Of a stretch of DNA of 64,000 nucleotides, positions 54,795 to 64,000 are shown one piece after another (within the stretch, counting starts at the first letter, position 1; each line of letters opens with the position of its first letter). This DNA comes from a virus. The translations under genes were made by a program, and so were the position numbers. The stretch is taken from UHGV virus genome UHGV-0214148. One strand, given 5' to 3'. A model generated the notes under the pieces. That model did no database searches. It was not told the DNA's origin and worked only from the letters and a program-made list of their open reading frames with translations.

Positions 54795-55154
54795 TTAGTG
54801 TGTTGCGGCGTTAGTGATAAAACGCACATTCTTCGTGGTGCGTTTAATGGACGTGTTTGCAACGTAGTCCAACGCGGACTCTACGTGAACGGTTACTGAG
54901 CAACGACCCTTAACGGAATTAAAACTAATCTGGTATTTCAGACGAATCGCATCAGCAACTTTCATCATAATCGGCAAACTTAAACGTTCTGAGTGATCGT
55001 TCTTAATAGACGAGATAACGGGTTGTGAAACTTTCGCAAGCTGGGCAAGTTCACGCTGAGTAATGTCTTTTGTGGTCAAATGACGAATTACGTAAGACAA
55101 GTGAAGACCGAATTTACGCTTTGCCAGAATGATGGAATTGTGATTGTAAGCCAT
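54795..55154 (-). CDS. helix-turn-helix transcriptional regulator (XRE-like)
   Basis: ITQRELAQLAKVSQPVISSIKN helix-turn-helix signature; sits downstream of promoter-like element C. Confidence 0.6.
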   Translation of the reverse strand: MAYNHNSIILAKRKFGLHLSYVIRHLTTKDITQRELAQLAKVSQPVISSIKNDHSERLSLPIMMKVADAIRLKYQISFNSVKGRCSVTVHVESALDYVANTSIKRTTKNVRFITNAATH

Positions 55155-55203
55155 TGTAAATACTCCTTTAGGTTAACAAGTCGGTGTAAAGAGTTAATCA
55201 TAA

Positions 55204-55230
55204 CTCTCACCTAGGTAATATATATCTGAG
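55204..55230 (-). promoter_or_regulatory. conserved 26-bp promoter-like element, copy C
   Basis: CTCTCACCTAGGTAATATATATCTGAG, 50-76 nt upstream of the 55154 start; terminator 55246-55267 lies immediately upstream. Confidence 0.45.
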
Positions 55231-55245
55231 AAAAAATAAAATATA

Positions 55246-55267
55246 GGTACCACCGTTGGGTGGTACC
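55246..55267 (-). terminator. intrinsic terminator
   Basis: 9-bp stem GGTACCACC/GGTGGTACC with loop GTTG. Confidence 0.6.
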
Positions 55268-55274
55268 TAAGCGG

Positions 55275-55898
55275 TTAGTTTGCTAAAATGTGCGTAACAA
55301 TCTCAGCGGCTTTCAAACGGTAATCGTCATTCTGCGTTACTGGTAATAATGCGTGAAGACAACCACCTTCTGTTAAGATGTGATGCGCGAAACGATAATG
55401 GTCGCGTAAGCCATCCCAAGATTGGTTGTCCTTTAGGTACTTAACCGTAAGTACCTCATCGTCCCAATTCTTACCTTGTTCTTCTACACGTTTCTTAAAT
55501 CGCGCTAACGCTGTTGGGTAATCAACATCTGTCCAAATATAAAGGTCTGGCGTGTGGAAATGACGAGTTAGCTTACGTTGGAAAACTACGTCCTTGCCAT
55601 CTGTCCCCTGATAAACAATCGTTGAAGGGCAAAAACGATCGAAAATAACGACATCGTACTCGTCAACAACATGGTCTAACGTGTGAAGGAAGTCATCACA
55701 CATTGCTTCAGCAATTTTTGTTTTCGAAGCAGACTGTACAACCAAGCTACGTGCACGAATACCCGCCTCGGTTTCAGACGTCGGATGGTTCCGAATACAC
55801 ACTTTTAATCCTGCGGACTCCAACATCGCTTTTACCATTTTACACAATGTTGATTTCCCAGAAAAATCAGGACCATCAATAGACACTGTCTTAAGCAT
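55275..55898 (-). CDS. thymidylate-kinase-like (d)NMP kinase
   Basis: P-loop IDGPDFSGKST and DRF.PS.IVYQG block resembling the TMPK DR..S..YQG motif. Confidence 0.7.
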   Translation of the reverse strand: MLKTVSIDGPDFSGKSTLCKMVKAMLESAGLKVCIRNHPTSETEAGIRARSLVVQSASKTKIAEAMCDDFLHTLDHVVDEYDVVIFDRFCPSTIVYQGTDGKDVVFQRKLTRHFHTPDLYIWTDVDYPTALARFKKRVEEQGKNWDDEVLTVKYLKDNQSWDGLRDHYRFAHHILTEGGCLHALLPVTQNDDYRLKAAEIVTHILAN

Positions 55899-55986
55899 TA
55901 TTGTTTTACCTTTTTACGCACGTTAAGTGAAACCTCTCACAATGAGAGTAACAGTTGTAATAATTTACAATAAAAAAAGAAACCCG

Positions 55987-56006
55987 CCCCTACCGTTAAG
56001 TAGGGG
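55987..56006 (-). terminator. intrinsic terminator
   Basis: Stem CCCCTAC/GTAGGGG; A-rich flank. Confidence 0.5.
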
Positions 56007-56013
56007 TAAGGTT

Positions 56014-56619
56014 TTATTGGTGATCAACAATCGGATCACTCCACACTTCTGACGTTTGTGGTGCGGTGAGGTTAGCAGCCTGTGCAGATGTTACGCACAG
56101 CAAGACTAACCCTTGTTTAGCAAGATAATGTTGCATTCTTGCAGCCTGCACAGCGGTGTCCACAATAACGAGCTCAGCGCCACGTAGAAGCGTTAGAGCC
56201 GCTTGACCCTCTTGCGGTGTGGTTAAGGCATCACTGTCGTCCAGAATGCGTTTAAGGCGGTTATACGCCAGCCCAGTTACATTACTTCGACCTGCACGAA
56301 GATCGACAACCATATCGTTGTATTCCCCCACCACTTGTTGCGTCGAATTGGGATAAAATCGAAACGCGGCACGGCGGCGTTTACGACGCACCTCAGAAAT
56401 CGCGCGTTGTAAAACCAGTAAAACGTATTTCGGTGCCGCTTCGCTATTCGGACGACGCATCTTAGCTAAACGTGCAGCTAAATCCAAAATTTTCGTTAAG
56501 GGATAGCGGTGTTTAAACCCGTCACGTTCGATAGTAACGCCACGCTTAGGCAACTTGCCCGTTTTGTTGATATACGATACTGTAATCAATAGTAATGAAT
56601 CGAGAATCATCTCTGACAT
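56014..56619 (-). CDS. hypothetical protein (201 aa)
   Basis: ORF length. Confidence 0.5.
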   Translation of the reverse strand: MSEMILDSLLLITVSYINKTGKLPKRGVTIERDGFKHRYPLTKILDLAARLAKMRRPNSEAAPKYVLLVLQRAISEVRRKRRRAAFRFYPNSTQQVVGEYNDMVVDLRAGRSNVTGLAYNRLKRILDDSDALTTPQEGQAALTLLRGAELVIVDTAVQAARMQHYLAKQGLVLLCVTSAQAANLTAPQTSEVWSDPIVDHQ

Positions 56620-56633
56620 TACAAGGCCCTCTC

Positions 56634-57005
56634 TTAGAACCCCTCAAGAACAGCTTTCACAAATTCATAAACCGTGCGTCGGTGTTCTTCAAGCGGATAA
56701 ACAAACTTAGAATAATCGTTGTTCCAGACAACCGGATAGAGGTCGCCGTCACAACTTAAATAGCTCTTACGAACCATGTAATAATCTAAACCTACACGGA
56801 AGTTTAACGACAGGCTCCCGTGTTTACTACAAACGTGTAGCTGGAGCGATTTCACACCGTCATGGGTCGGCGATTCAATCGTTTCCGCATACAATACATC
56901 CGAACACTGTTCTATAGTGCTAACGACATCTCTGAGGTTGTTGTCCGCATCGATGGTCGCTTTTCGGAGAGCGTCGGTGTATTGCTGAAGTTCTCGATAG
57001 AACAT
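56634..57005 (-). CDS. hypothetical protein (123 aa)
   Basis: ORF length; overlaps the 3' end of the upstream ORF by 94 nt. Confidence 0.45.
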   Translation of the reverse strand: MFYRELQQYTDALRKATIDADNNLRDVVSTIEQCSDVLYAETIESPTHDGVKSLQLHVCSKHGSLSLNFRVGLDYYMVRKSYLSCDGDLYPVVWNNDYSKFVYPLEEHRRTVYEFVKAVLEGF

Positions 57006-57544
57006 CCTGCTAATCTCCTGTCTCTACCGTATGGCAGAGGAAATGCTTTGTGTTCAAATTCTGCAACGACATACGCAGGATAGAACAAAAGGTATTTATA
57101 GAACGTAGCTAACGTAACGTCTTTCGGGGTGGCTAAGAAGTAATTAAGATCGGGGTTGTCTGGAAAAGCAAAATGCAACCCTGTGTATACCTGACCTTTG
57201 TACTCCCCATTAAAGGGCGTCACTGCACATCGTGGACGTGTTGGTTCGACGTGTAACCAACGACTCCCTACGTGATAAACACCACGTACCGCCGCGTTTC
57301 GTGTTTTACCCAAATAACGGCAACGGATATTCTTTTCCCACGCAGCACGTTGGGTGGGTGAACCCAGAGAAACAAACCGCGTTAAAGCTTCAGGTGTAAA
57401 GTAATCAAAAATGCCCGTCGGTAAATACCAGCACGCCTTATCGATTCGTACCACTCTCCAACCAGGACGAAAACCCACAGCGTAACGCTCTACACCAAAA
57501 GTATATCTAGACCCGTCGTGAAACGGTACGAATCTTGCAGCCAT
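56912..57544 (-). CDS. hypothetical protein (210 aa)
   Basis: ORF length; low-complexity C-terminal tail within the overlap. Confidence 0.45.
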   Translation of the reverse strand: MAARFVPFHDGSRYTFGVERYAVGFRPGWRVVRIDKACWYLPTGIFDYFTPEALTRFVSLGSPTQRAAWEKNIRCRYLGKTRNAAVRGVYHVGSRWLHVEPTRPRCAVTPFNGEYKGQVYTGLHFAFPDNPDLNYFLATPKDVTLATFYKYLLFYPAYVVAEFEHKAFPLPYGRDRRLAGCSIENFSNTPTLSEKRPSMRTTTSEMSLAL

Positions 57545-57545
57545 T

Positions 57546-58013
57546 TTAGATTTCCTTTATCATTTCCCTGCATTCAGTACGGAATCCCATTTTCTCATAC
57601 AAGGAGATAGCTTTAACGTTGTTGTCTAACACATCCAAACTCATCCAACCACAACCTTTGGACTTTCCATATTCACGGACTTTGTCCATAAGTGCACGAC
57701 CCACCCCTTGAGAACGCGCTTCGGGAATCACGTAGTAGTTCCCAATATAAACAAATGTGTCCTTCGAGCAAGAACCCATTGAAAAGGTCATAATTCCCAG
57801 AAGTTGTTCGTTGTCATCCACGGCACACGCACAGAGATAATCTTGGGGCCAGATCTCTTCTAAGTGTTCAATTGGGTTGAACGTGTCGCGTCCGGTTAAC
57901 TGACTAATACGCACTTTCTCTTCTGCGAACAACATGTTGTGCAGTTTGAGTACCTGGTCGCCGTATAACTTTCCGTATTTACTGTCGGGTTTGAGAATAA
58001 TAGTGATACGCAT
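57546..58013 (-). CDS. GNAT-family N-acetyltransferase (155 aa)
   Basis: ARSQGVGRALM acetyl-CoA-binding motif. Confidence 0.7.
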   Translation of the reverse strand: MRITIILKPDSKYGKLYGDQVLKLHNMLFAEEKVRISQLTGRDTFNPIEHLEEIWPQDYLCACAVDDNEQLLGIMTFSMGSCSKDTFVYIGNYYVIPEARSQGVGRALMDKVREYGKSKGCGWMSLDVLDNNVKAISLYEKMGFRTECREMIKEI

Positions 58014-59146
58014 TATTTAACCTCAATCAGTGACAACCTGCACCACTCCAGTAACCCTTCCGCAACGCGCACTAACGAGGTAGTAAACGCATCTTCTAAA
58101 CGCAGTGCGTTTTTATAACGTACGGTAGCGTCGCGTAACTCCCGCCCTTCAAGCGACTTAAGTTCCTTACGCATACGCTGAATCTCATCATAAATTCCTG
58201 TATACCCAACACTACGTCGTTTCGCACCACGCTGACGTAACGCTCGGATAATGTTTCTAACGGCGTCGAGTGCTGAACCGATTTCGTGCAAGTTTAGAGA
58301 TTTGATTGTGTGGCCAAAATCACCATCGCGAGCAATCGCCCATTCAATCTTACCGCTGTCGTGTTCAACGACCACCACGTTACCTGGCCACGGATATGCC
58401 TTCACCGTTTTAAACGGATCGATAATACCGAACAGCCCTGCGCTTCGTTTAATCGCCCAGTTCGTTGACCGGCCCACTTTCTCCAAACCGCTCTCGGTAA
58501 CTTTCTTGCTCTTACCGATTAACGTACGTGTTTTAACGGTATACTCGTTGACCATCGCATCCATTGCACTCAGGTTCTTACTGAACTCAATACATGCTTT
58601 TACGTTAGGCTTGTCTTCTAAACAAACTTTGGTTGTCCAACTTCCCGTGTCACAGTCAACCGGTTCTAAAGTGTCCTTGATACCGAGTAAACTTAAACGT
58701 GCTTCTAACTTCTGTAGCTTGCGCTCTAACGACGATGCTTTGGACGTCGCTTCTTTCAGTTCATTAATAACTTCTTTACCGGCGGCTTCCGCGAAGTCGA
58801 TGAAACGTAAGGCCAGCTGCTTAGAATGTTTACCTGCGAATTTTCCAGACGCTTTGGCTCCTGCCACTGCTGCTTTTCCAGCAACGCGTCCAACTCCCTT
58901 AACCGCTCTGCCGGTCGCACGCGCGACCGCTTTACCTACCCCTGCGTAAGGCTCGGTGTCCGCAACAAATTGCGCGCGTTCCATCATCGCTGCGGACTCC
59001 AACGCAACGTGGACATCATCTAAAGCCCACCGTTTTCGGATAGCGACAACCGCTGGATAATTGTCTTTAACATTAAGCGATTCTAACGCGACCAATCGAT
59101 CGTAGTCATCGCAAAGGACTTCTAAATCGGAATCTAATGTTGACAT
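58013..59146 (-). CDS. hypothetical protein (377 aa)
   Basis: ORF length. Confidence 0.55.
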   Translation of the reverse strand: MSTLDSDLEVLCDDYDRLVALESLNVKDNYPAVVAIRKRWALDDVHVALESAAMMERAQFVADTEPYAGVGKAVARATGRAVKGVGRVAGKAAVAGAKASGKFAGKHSKQLALRFIDFAEAAGKEVINELKEATSKASSLERKLQKLEARLSLLGIKDTLEPVDCDTGSWTTKVCLEDKPNVKACIEFSKNLSAMDAMVNEYTVKTRTLIGKSKKVTESGLEKVGRSTNWAIKRSAGLFGIIDPFKTVKAYPWPGNVVVVEHDSGKIEWAIARDGDFGHTIKSLNLHEIGSALDAVRNIIRALRQRGAKRRSVGYTGIYDEIQRMRKELKSLEGRELRDATVRYKNALRLEDAFTTSLVRVAEGLLEWCRLSLIEVK

Positions 59147-59196
59147 CCTTTACCCCATTTTAAGCTAAAGCGGGGAGAAGCCCGCCCTGACTAACT

Positions 59197-59745
59197 TCAT
59201 AATAAGCGTAGGTCTTCTAACCACTTAGATGCATCCGTAACATGATAATAACAAGGGATGTTCAGTGACTGTGCGTAGCGAACACCCATCGCCGTACCCC
59301 CTTTTGGATTTCCCTTTTTATCATGCTCGGCGTAATAATAGACGGCGTCTACATGATCGTCCAAAGAATCACCGGATACAATATTTAAGTTTCGTCCATG
59401 CAACGCCCAAGCTATTTCCGATAGCTTATCAGGATTAGGGTGAAGCGATGCCACAATCCCACGATAACGGACGTCTTGTGGAATAACGCGAAAATCCACA
59501 TTCGGATGTAACTTACGTAACCACAACTTACGTTCGTCAGGCAAATAACAAATATGTGGACCTGGTTCAGTACGTGCTAACATAAACTGTAATTGGTCTG
59601 GTCCTTTGTAACAACCGCCTGACCGCGTTTCGATACTGTGCTGTTTATTACGAAGAATTTTGAACCCACGTTGCAACACATCCAACATTTCTTGCATCGT
59701 GTCTTCGGGCGTTTCTCGAGAACCAATAATAGCAATTTTATACAT
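59197..59745 (-). CDS. SLOG-type (DprA/Smf-like) Rossmann-fold protein
   Basis: N-terminal IAIIGSR, then SGG and a C-terminal GGTAMG block, as in DprA/LOG-like families (recalled from memory). Confidence 0.4.
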   Translation of the reverse strand: MYKIAIIGSRETPEDTMQEMLDVLQRGFKILRNKQHSIETRSGGCYKGPDQLQFMLARTEPGPHICYLPDERKLWLRKLHPNVDFRVIPQDVRYRGIVASLHPNPDKLSEIAWALHGRNLNIVSGDSLDDHVDAVYYYAEHDKKGNPKGGTAMGVRYAQSLNIPCYYHVTDASKWLEDLRLL

Positions 59746-59790
59746 TTGTCACCTCCATACTGAAGTTGTGAAGTGAAAAAAAAAGAAAGC

Positions 59791-59819
59791 AGGAGAGAAC
59801 CCTGAAAAGGTTCTCTCCT
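59791..59819 (-). terminator. intrinsic terminator
   Basis: 11-bp stem AGGAGAGAACC/GGTTCTCTCCT; A-run flank. Confidence 0.6.
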
Positions 59820-59832
59820 ATCGGTGATGTTA

Positions 59833-60495
59833 TCACGCTTCTAAACCACTTAAAACGACGGTCTCGAGTAACGCTTTGCCCATCCAGACGTCCAACTCAC
59901 CATCTAAGCCCCCTAAAGGACGTTTATTCAGTTCGTTGTTGTAATTAAGTCCGTCAAGGGTTTTATTCGTAATAATTTGCCCAATATGAAGCGGTAGAAT
60001 AAATCGATTTCGTGCGCTATAAATAAACGAATCACATTCGTAAATTACCACATAGCGTTCGAGATCCTCATCATACTCAACGTGACACTGCGAGCCCGTG
60101 TCCCATGCACGTGACAAAACCATACCACGGTCTTGACACATCTTCTCCACCGACACTTTCGCGGACTCTGCCCATTTATCGTAATTTTTAGGTTGGCCGT
60201 TTTCGAAATCGAACCAATCCAGATACTTACCGGGAATATCAAGAAAGTCGTTCAATTGAAGTTTCGTGTAAGATATCATCACCGCGTCGTTAATATCATT
60301 GCGGTTAGTTAACTTTACTCGATACCGACCTTCCGGTGTGGGTGCGCCTATTAAAGAAACATCCACTTTCTCAGCCGAAAGCTTTTTACGTACACTGCCG
60401 CTATTACAGTAACTAACGAGGTTGAGTAAGTTCTGTCTATGACCAACTTCAAAATCAATTACAAAAGACATACAAACTCCGCGGGGGTTAATCAC
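59833..60495 (-). CDS. hypothetical protein (220 aa)
   Basis: ORF length. Confidence 0.5.
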   Translation of the reverse strand: MINPRGVCMSFVIDFEVGHRQNLLNLVSYCNSGSVRKKLSAEKVDVSLIGAPTPEGRYRVKLTNRNDINDAVMISYTKLQLNDFLDIPGKYLDWFDFENGQPKNYDKWAESAKVSVEKMCQDRGMVLSRAWDTGSQCHVEYDEDLERYVVIYECDSFIYSARNRFILPLHIGQIITNKTLDGLNYNNELNKRPLGGLDGELDVWMGKALLETVVLSGLEA

Positions 60496-60887
60496 TAATA
60501 CCCGTATAATGGGTACCGTGCGGTGATCTCATCACCAACATAGAAAGTTAAACGTTGAACATTAATACTTTTATTTGCGTAGGGTACAGTTTCTAACGTT
60601 ACCTTTACACTGGCAGAACAACTACCCGGATCAACAAACTGATATGTACGCCGTTTGATGTTTACCAAATAGTAGCCGCCTGCCGGGCACAATTCGGTTT
60701 TACCGTAATTTACCGTGGCGAACTCATCGTTTTGAACTGCAACAACTGGCTGGTCGGTAGATTTAAAAACGACGGGTTTATCGCCCGGCACTGTAGGTTC
60801 AAAACGACTAATATCGTGCGGTTTAAATTCCGCGAACGCGGAAAATGAAAGTAACGTTAGAAATAGGGTAATGACAGTTCGTTTCAT
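60495..60887 (-). CDS. secreted or periplasmic protein (130 aa)
   Basis: Typical signal peptide with an AFA/EF cleavage site. Confidence 0.55.
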   Translation of the reverse strand: MKRTVITLFLTLLSFSAFAEFKPHDISRFEPTVPGDKPVVFKSTDQPVVAVQNDEFATVNYGKTELCPAGGYYLVNIKRRTYQFVDPGSCSASVKVTLETVPYANKSINVQRLTFYVGDEITARYPLYGY

Positions 60888-61363
60888 CGGTCTACCTCAT
60901 CAAGATGATCGCGTAGCCATGGCATCGACTCTAAGCGCGGAATCATATTCCGTGTGTTCGGCGAAAACCATAGCGCTTCACGATATTTCTTTTTGAAACG
61001 TTCCCAGTGATACGAGAAAGGTTTGGGTGTAAAACCGCGCTCTTTTAGCACCTCCTCCCAAACCAAGTCTTTAATAAAATCGTCCACTAAAATTAATACC
61101 AACACTTTCCATTTACTGCGTCGGTAGTGCCGTGTAAAAGATTTGCGGAGATCAGAAAAGTCCTCTCGACGACGAGAACGTACTGCTGGAGTTGCCTTCT
61201 CTTTAAATTGCGAACAAGGATTATGTTGTAGTATCGTTACAGGAACTCCCCGAACACGGCCTGTACGTAAATCAACCTCGTGTGCGGGGATAACTTCAAC
61301 GCAACGTAACACTTTTGCTTTATTGCCTTCCAAGCACCGCGTCTCATATTCGACACGAATCAT
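60884..61363 (-). CDS. hypothetical protein (159 aa)
   Basis: ORF length. Confidence 0.5.
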   Translation of the reverse strand: MIRVEYETRCLEGNKAKVLRCVEVIPAHEVDLRTGRVRGVPVTILQHNPCSQFKEKATPAVRSRRREDFSDLRKSFTRHYRRSKWKVLVLILVDDFIKDLVWEEVLKERGFTPKPFSYHWERFKKKYREALWFSPNTRNMIPRLESMPWLRDHLDEVDR

Positions 61364-61382
61364 TTTGGGCTCTCAACTGTTT

Positions 61383-61859
61383 CTAATAAATCTTATCCGC
61401 AACAGAGAGAAAGATGGGGGTGTTTTCAATAAAATCCACCAAATATCCTTCTTCCGGCGGGGCGTATGACGAATCAACGTTACTGTTCGTCATACGAAAA
61501 TACCGACGGGAGTCACTGGCAATAAACCATCGGTCTATTTGGAAGCCTTTTTTGGAAAAGAAACACAACCCGTCTATGTTTGAGGGATGGACACGACACA
61601 TCACCATTTGACGATCTGAATTAAGTTGAACGTATTTCAGTAAAAAGGAACCTACGCCGCTACGACGAGAACCTTCGGCCACTACCAGATAGATAAGATT
61701 CCCCGGTTCCCAGATTGCAACCCCATGTGTAATATCGTCTTCAACAGCCAACGTGATTCTAACTGGCGTTTCCCGAATCGAATTTAAGTCGTTGACGTAT
61801 TCACGTAATTCAGGAAATTTAGCGGAAATTTTGTCTTCGGTAATATCTAACTGCTGCAT
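61383..61859 (-). CDS. GNAT-family N-acetyltransferase (158 aa)
   Basis: EGSRRSGVGSFLL acetyl-CoA-binding motif. Confidence 0.6.
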   Translation of the reverse strand: MQQLDITEDKISAKFPELREYVNDLNSIRETPVRITLAVEDDITHGVAIWEPGNLIYLVVAEGSRRSGVGSFLLKYVQLNSDRQMVMCRVHPSNIDGLCFFSKKGFQIDRWFIASDSRRYFRMTNSNVDSSYAPPEEGYLVDFIENTPIFLSVADKIY

Positions 61860-62539
61860 TATTGTTCCCCTATCGATAAAACGTTTTTAACAAATTCATC
61901 CCACGTGGTGTTCCCACCAGAAGTAAATAAACTGCTAAGTGGAACGTTTCGATGCTGTGGAATAATCGCATCGAGTTTCGTTACTGGAACTTCGGCCCAT
62001 AAAGCCCAACCGTACAACCCCTCCACTGTTTTTCTCTCACCACGTAGGGATGGCACCCACCAGGTAAACTGTATGAATCTTTTACCGCGACAGATTTTAA
62101 GGCTGGTAGTAAAACCGTGGTCTAACATCCGAACGTCGTCAAACTTACAATTAATCGAGAAAAGACCATAACGGGCAAGTAATCTCCTTATCTGTAACAT
62201 TAGGTCGTTTTGGTATTTGTTCAGTGTGGCAATGTCTACAAAAACCTGTCCCTTCCCAACCCCAAACCCTTTCTTTTCTAAATGCTCCGCTATTAACGCA
62301 GACGTACTCCCCTCTACACCCGGACAATCTAGACTGCCGGATAAAGGTACTGCACGATAATAGCGATGGAGCGTCTCTTGAAAAGCCGCCGTAAGAATTT
62401 TTTCCTCTTTAACGAAATCAACAATTTCCCCATTAGAGGTGACCAGCGGTCCAACCTTCAGGTCCTGAATAGGTATCAGTAACGTTCTGGTCATTAAGCG
62501 TAATGGTTCCACAATAGCACTCCTTCTTTTAAGTCTCAC
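61859..62539 (-). CDS. hypothetical protein (226 aa)
   Basis: ORF length. Confidence 0.5.
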   Translation of the reverse strand: MRLKRRSAIVEPLRLMTRTLLIPIQDLKVGPLVTSNGEIVDFVKEEKILTAAFQETLHRYYRAVPLSGSLDCPGVEGSTSALIAEHLEKKGFGVGKGQVFVDIATLNKYQNDLMLQIRRLLARYGLFSINCKFDDVRMLDHGFTTSLKICRGKRFIQFTWWVPSLRGERKTVEGLYGWALWAEVPVTKLDAIIPQHRNVPLSSLFTSGGNTTWDEFVKNVLSIGEQ

Positions 62540-62573
62540 AGTATGTTTAAAAATTGTAAAAATAAAAAGAAGT

Positions 62574-62597
62574 AACCTCTACCCGAAGGTAGAGGTT
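62574..62597 (-). terminator. intrinsic terminator
   Basis: 10-bp stem AACCTCTACC/GGTAGAGGTT with loop CGAA. Confidence 0.6.
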
Positions 62598-62601
62598 AAT
62601 G

Positions 62602-63180
62602 TTATTTCGTTGTTGGGCTTTCCGTCTTCGACTTAAGCTGGCCTGATTTCTCAAGCTTCTTCTCAACAACTTTTGTGGCTATCTCAAGAGACTTATAAGC
62701 CAACGTTTTAATCGGCCAAGTCGCAAAAACAACCAACGCAAAGAACGGTACCAACGTCACAATCAGAACATCTAAACTGTCTTCTGGAAAATGTTGATGC
62801 GTGTCATAACCCAGGAAACCGGTTACAACAACCGTCGCTAACGTCAGGAGGGCAATAATGAACTTCTGGGGAGCGGATAATTTCGGCCATAAGGTTAGCA
62901 TGGTTTCTTTGCTAATCTCATCCCCTAGAGATTCCACAGCGTCAGTTGCCTGCTGATGGAATTGTTCTGACAGTTTGCCTAAGTTATCGATTAGCGTCGG
63001 GCGTAAGTCGGAAAGAATCTTTGTTCCAGAACGGGTGACGTCAACGTCGACGTCATCCCCATACGCCGCTTTCAAGAGTTTCGTTAACTGTTCAGACTGT
63101 TCTTTACTTAACTTTCTGTTTCCAGCTTGGATCAATAAGTCAAGTATTTCAGTGGGTAGTGCTTGTGTGCTCGGTTCCAT
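62602..63180 (-). CDS. membrane protein with two predicted transmembrane helices (192 aa)
   Basis: Two hydrophobic stretches (IIALLTLATVVVTGFLGY and VLIVTLVPFFALVVFATWPI). Confidence 0.5.
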   Translation of the reverse strand: MEPSTQALPTEILDLLIQAGNRKLSKEQSEQLTKLLKAAYGDDVDVDVTRSGTKILSDLRPTLIDNLGKLSEQFHQQATDAVESLGDEISKETMLTLWPKLSAPQKFIIALLTLATVVVTGFLGYDTHQHFPEDSLDVLIVTLVPFFALVVFATWPIKTLAYKSLEIATKVVEKKLEKSGQLKSKTESPTTK

Positions 63181-63824
63181 TATCGTTTTCTCCGACGCCT
63201 TCTCCGCCTGGAGGTCTTAGTCGACTTTTGTTTAGGCGGTAGCAGGCTGTTTAAGTTTAACAGATTTACCCTGACGAAAATATTTCCCACCGCCACAGCA
63301 TCAATACTGTGCTCATCTAACGTTGTAATATCAAACAAAGCATGTTCGCGGTAGAGCTTGGTCACGGCCCGAAACATATCGGTTTTATCCGTCCCCTTCG
63401 CTTCCACCCCAACGAATGATTTTACAATGATAGGATTGAAGCCGTGTAAAATTTTCTCCGGGTAAACGTCCCACAAAGTACGTCGCAACATTAATTGTAG
63501 TTCGACACCAGATTCATAAGCGGAGAGTTTTGCTCTCCGCATAAACGGTGTCTCTGTTGCAACGAAAGTTGGGCAGGCAATCCGAAGAAATTCACGGTAA
63601 CAAGCTTCGAGCTTAACTAAACGATCGTCACGCTTACCGACACACTCTGCAAACGCATTTGGATGCGTTGGGTCTAATACATGCATGGTATCAGCCCAAA
63701 CCACTTCGGCTTGATCGCTGCCGTATTCCCAATCCAATACTGCCATACCAAGATGGCTCGTACCGGGGTCTATTGCCGCGATTCTTACCATCTTATCTGG
63801 AAGTCTCGGCTCGGGTATCAACAT
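63180..63824 (-). CDS. RuvC-like Holliday junction resolvase with basic C-terminal tail
   Basis: IAAIDPGTSHLGMAV start block, ATETPFM and DEHSIDAVAVG acidic motifs as in RuvC-family nucleases; the true start may be the internal ATG at 63791. Confidence 0.6.
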   Translation of the reverse strand: MLIPEPRLPDKMVRIAAIDPGTSHLGMAVLDWEYGSDQAEVVWADTMHVLDPTHPNAFAECVGKRDDRLVKLEACYREFLRIACPTFVATETPFMRRAKLSAYESGVELQLMLRRTLWDVYPEKILHGFNPIIVKSFVGVEAKGTDKTDMFRAVTKLYREHALFDITTLDEHSIDAVAVGNIFVRVNLLNLNSLLPPKQKSTKTSRRRRRRRKR

Positions 63825-64000
63825 CAGTTAGCTGTCCCCAGGAAGAACGGTGCAGGTTGTCCGATACGAATGGTCAAAGACAATTTGTCATTCGTCTGTG
63901 CCAGGTTGGTAAACATCGAAATATAGTACAGCGCTTGAACACCGATCGCCTCGTTATAGCTGAATTTAGACCCAGTTGCAGAGTCCCCGGACGCGACCTG

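Noticed and set aside
58251-58949. 232-aa plus-strand ORF inside 58013..59146
   Set aside because: Antisense to a longer co-directional gene in a compact minus-strand array.
1-64000. Integrase, transposase or att-site signatures suggesting a prophage or mobile element
   Set aside because: None recognised; the gene content and terminator-rich compact layout fit a virulent phage genome segment.

Overview
This 64-kb window looks like part of a large, probably virulent tailed phage (Caudoviricetes) of a Gram-negative, likely enterobacterial host. Evidence: an E. coli-type Dam orthologue, lipobox lipoproteins, AGGAG-type Shine-Dalgarno sites, densely packed genes, and about 20 intrinsic terminator hairpins. 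No tRNA, rRNA, CRISPR array, integrase or transposase was recognised by eye. Layout: (i) 2-2228, a 3' gene fragment, a small BhsA-like gene and one minus-strand gene; (ii) 2297-22886, a plus-strand block bounded by two bidirectional terminators, holding four consecutive tail-fibre genes (1440, 1393, 1728 and 399 aa) followed by three tandem Cys/Gly/Ser-rich precursor-like genes, a 295-aa unknown, two radical-SAM enzymes (one with a SPASM-type C-terminus) and two further coupled unknowns; (iii) 22954-45087, a minus-strand block with paralogous small protein families, two peptidoglycan hydrolases, lipoproteins, a sialate-O-acetylesterase-type tailspike and a 1479-aa fibre with a coiled-coil shaft, tandem fibre repeats and a C-terminal chaperone domain; (iv) 45174-63824, a minus-strand block of small early-type genes including Dam, a thymidylate-kinase-like kinase, three GNAT acetyltransferases, an HTH regulator, a SLOG-like protein and a RuvC-like resolvase. 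The main candidate for a new system is the Cys-rich peptide plus dual radical-SAM cassette embedded in the tail-fibre module (17403-22886). Other points worth a second look are a G/C homopolymer that breaks the frame of an adhesin-like gene exactly at its conserved N-terminus, three further 9-nt G/C tracts, a 26-bp promoter-like element present three times at fixed distance from start codons, and small lipoproteins placed like exclusion factors. All calls rest on reading the sequence and on recalled family motifs; no database search was run.
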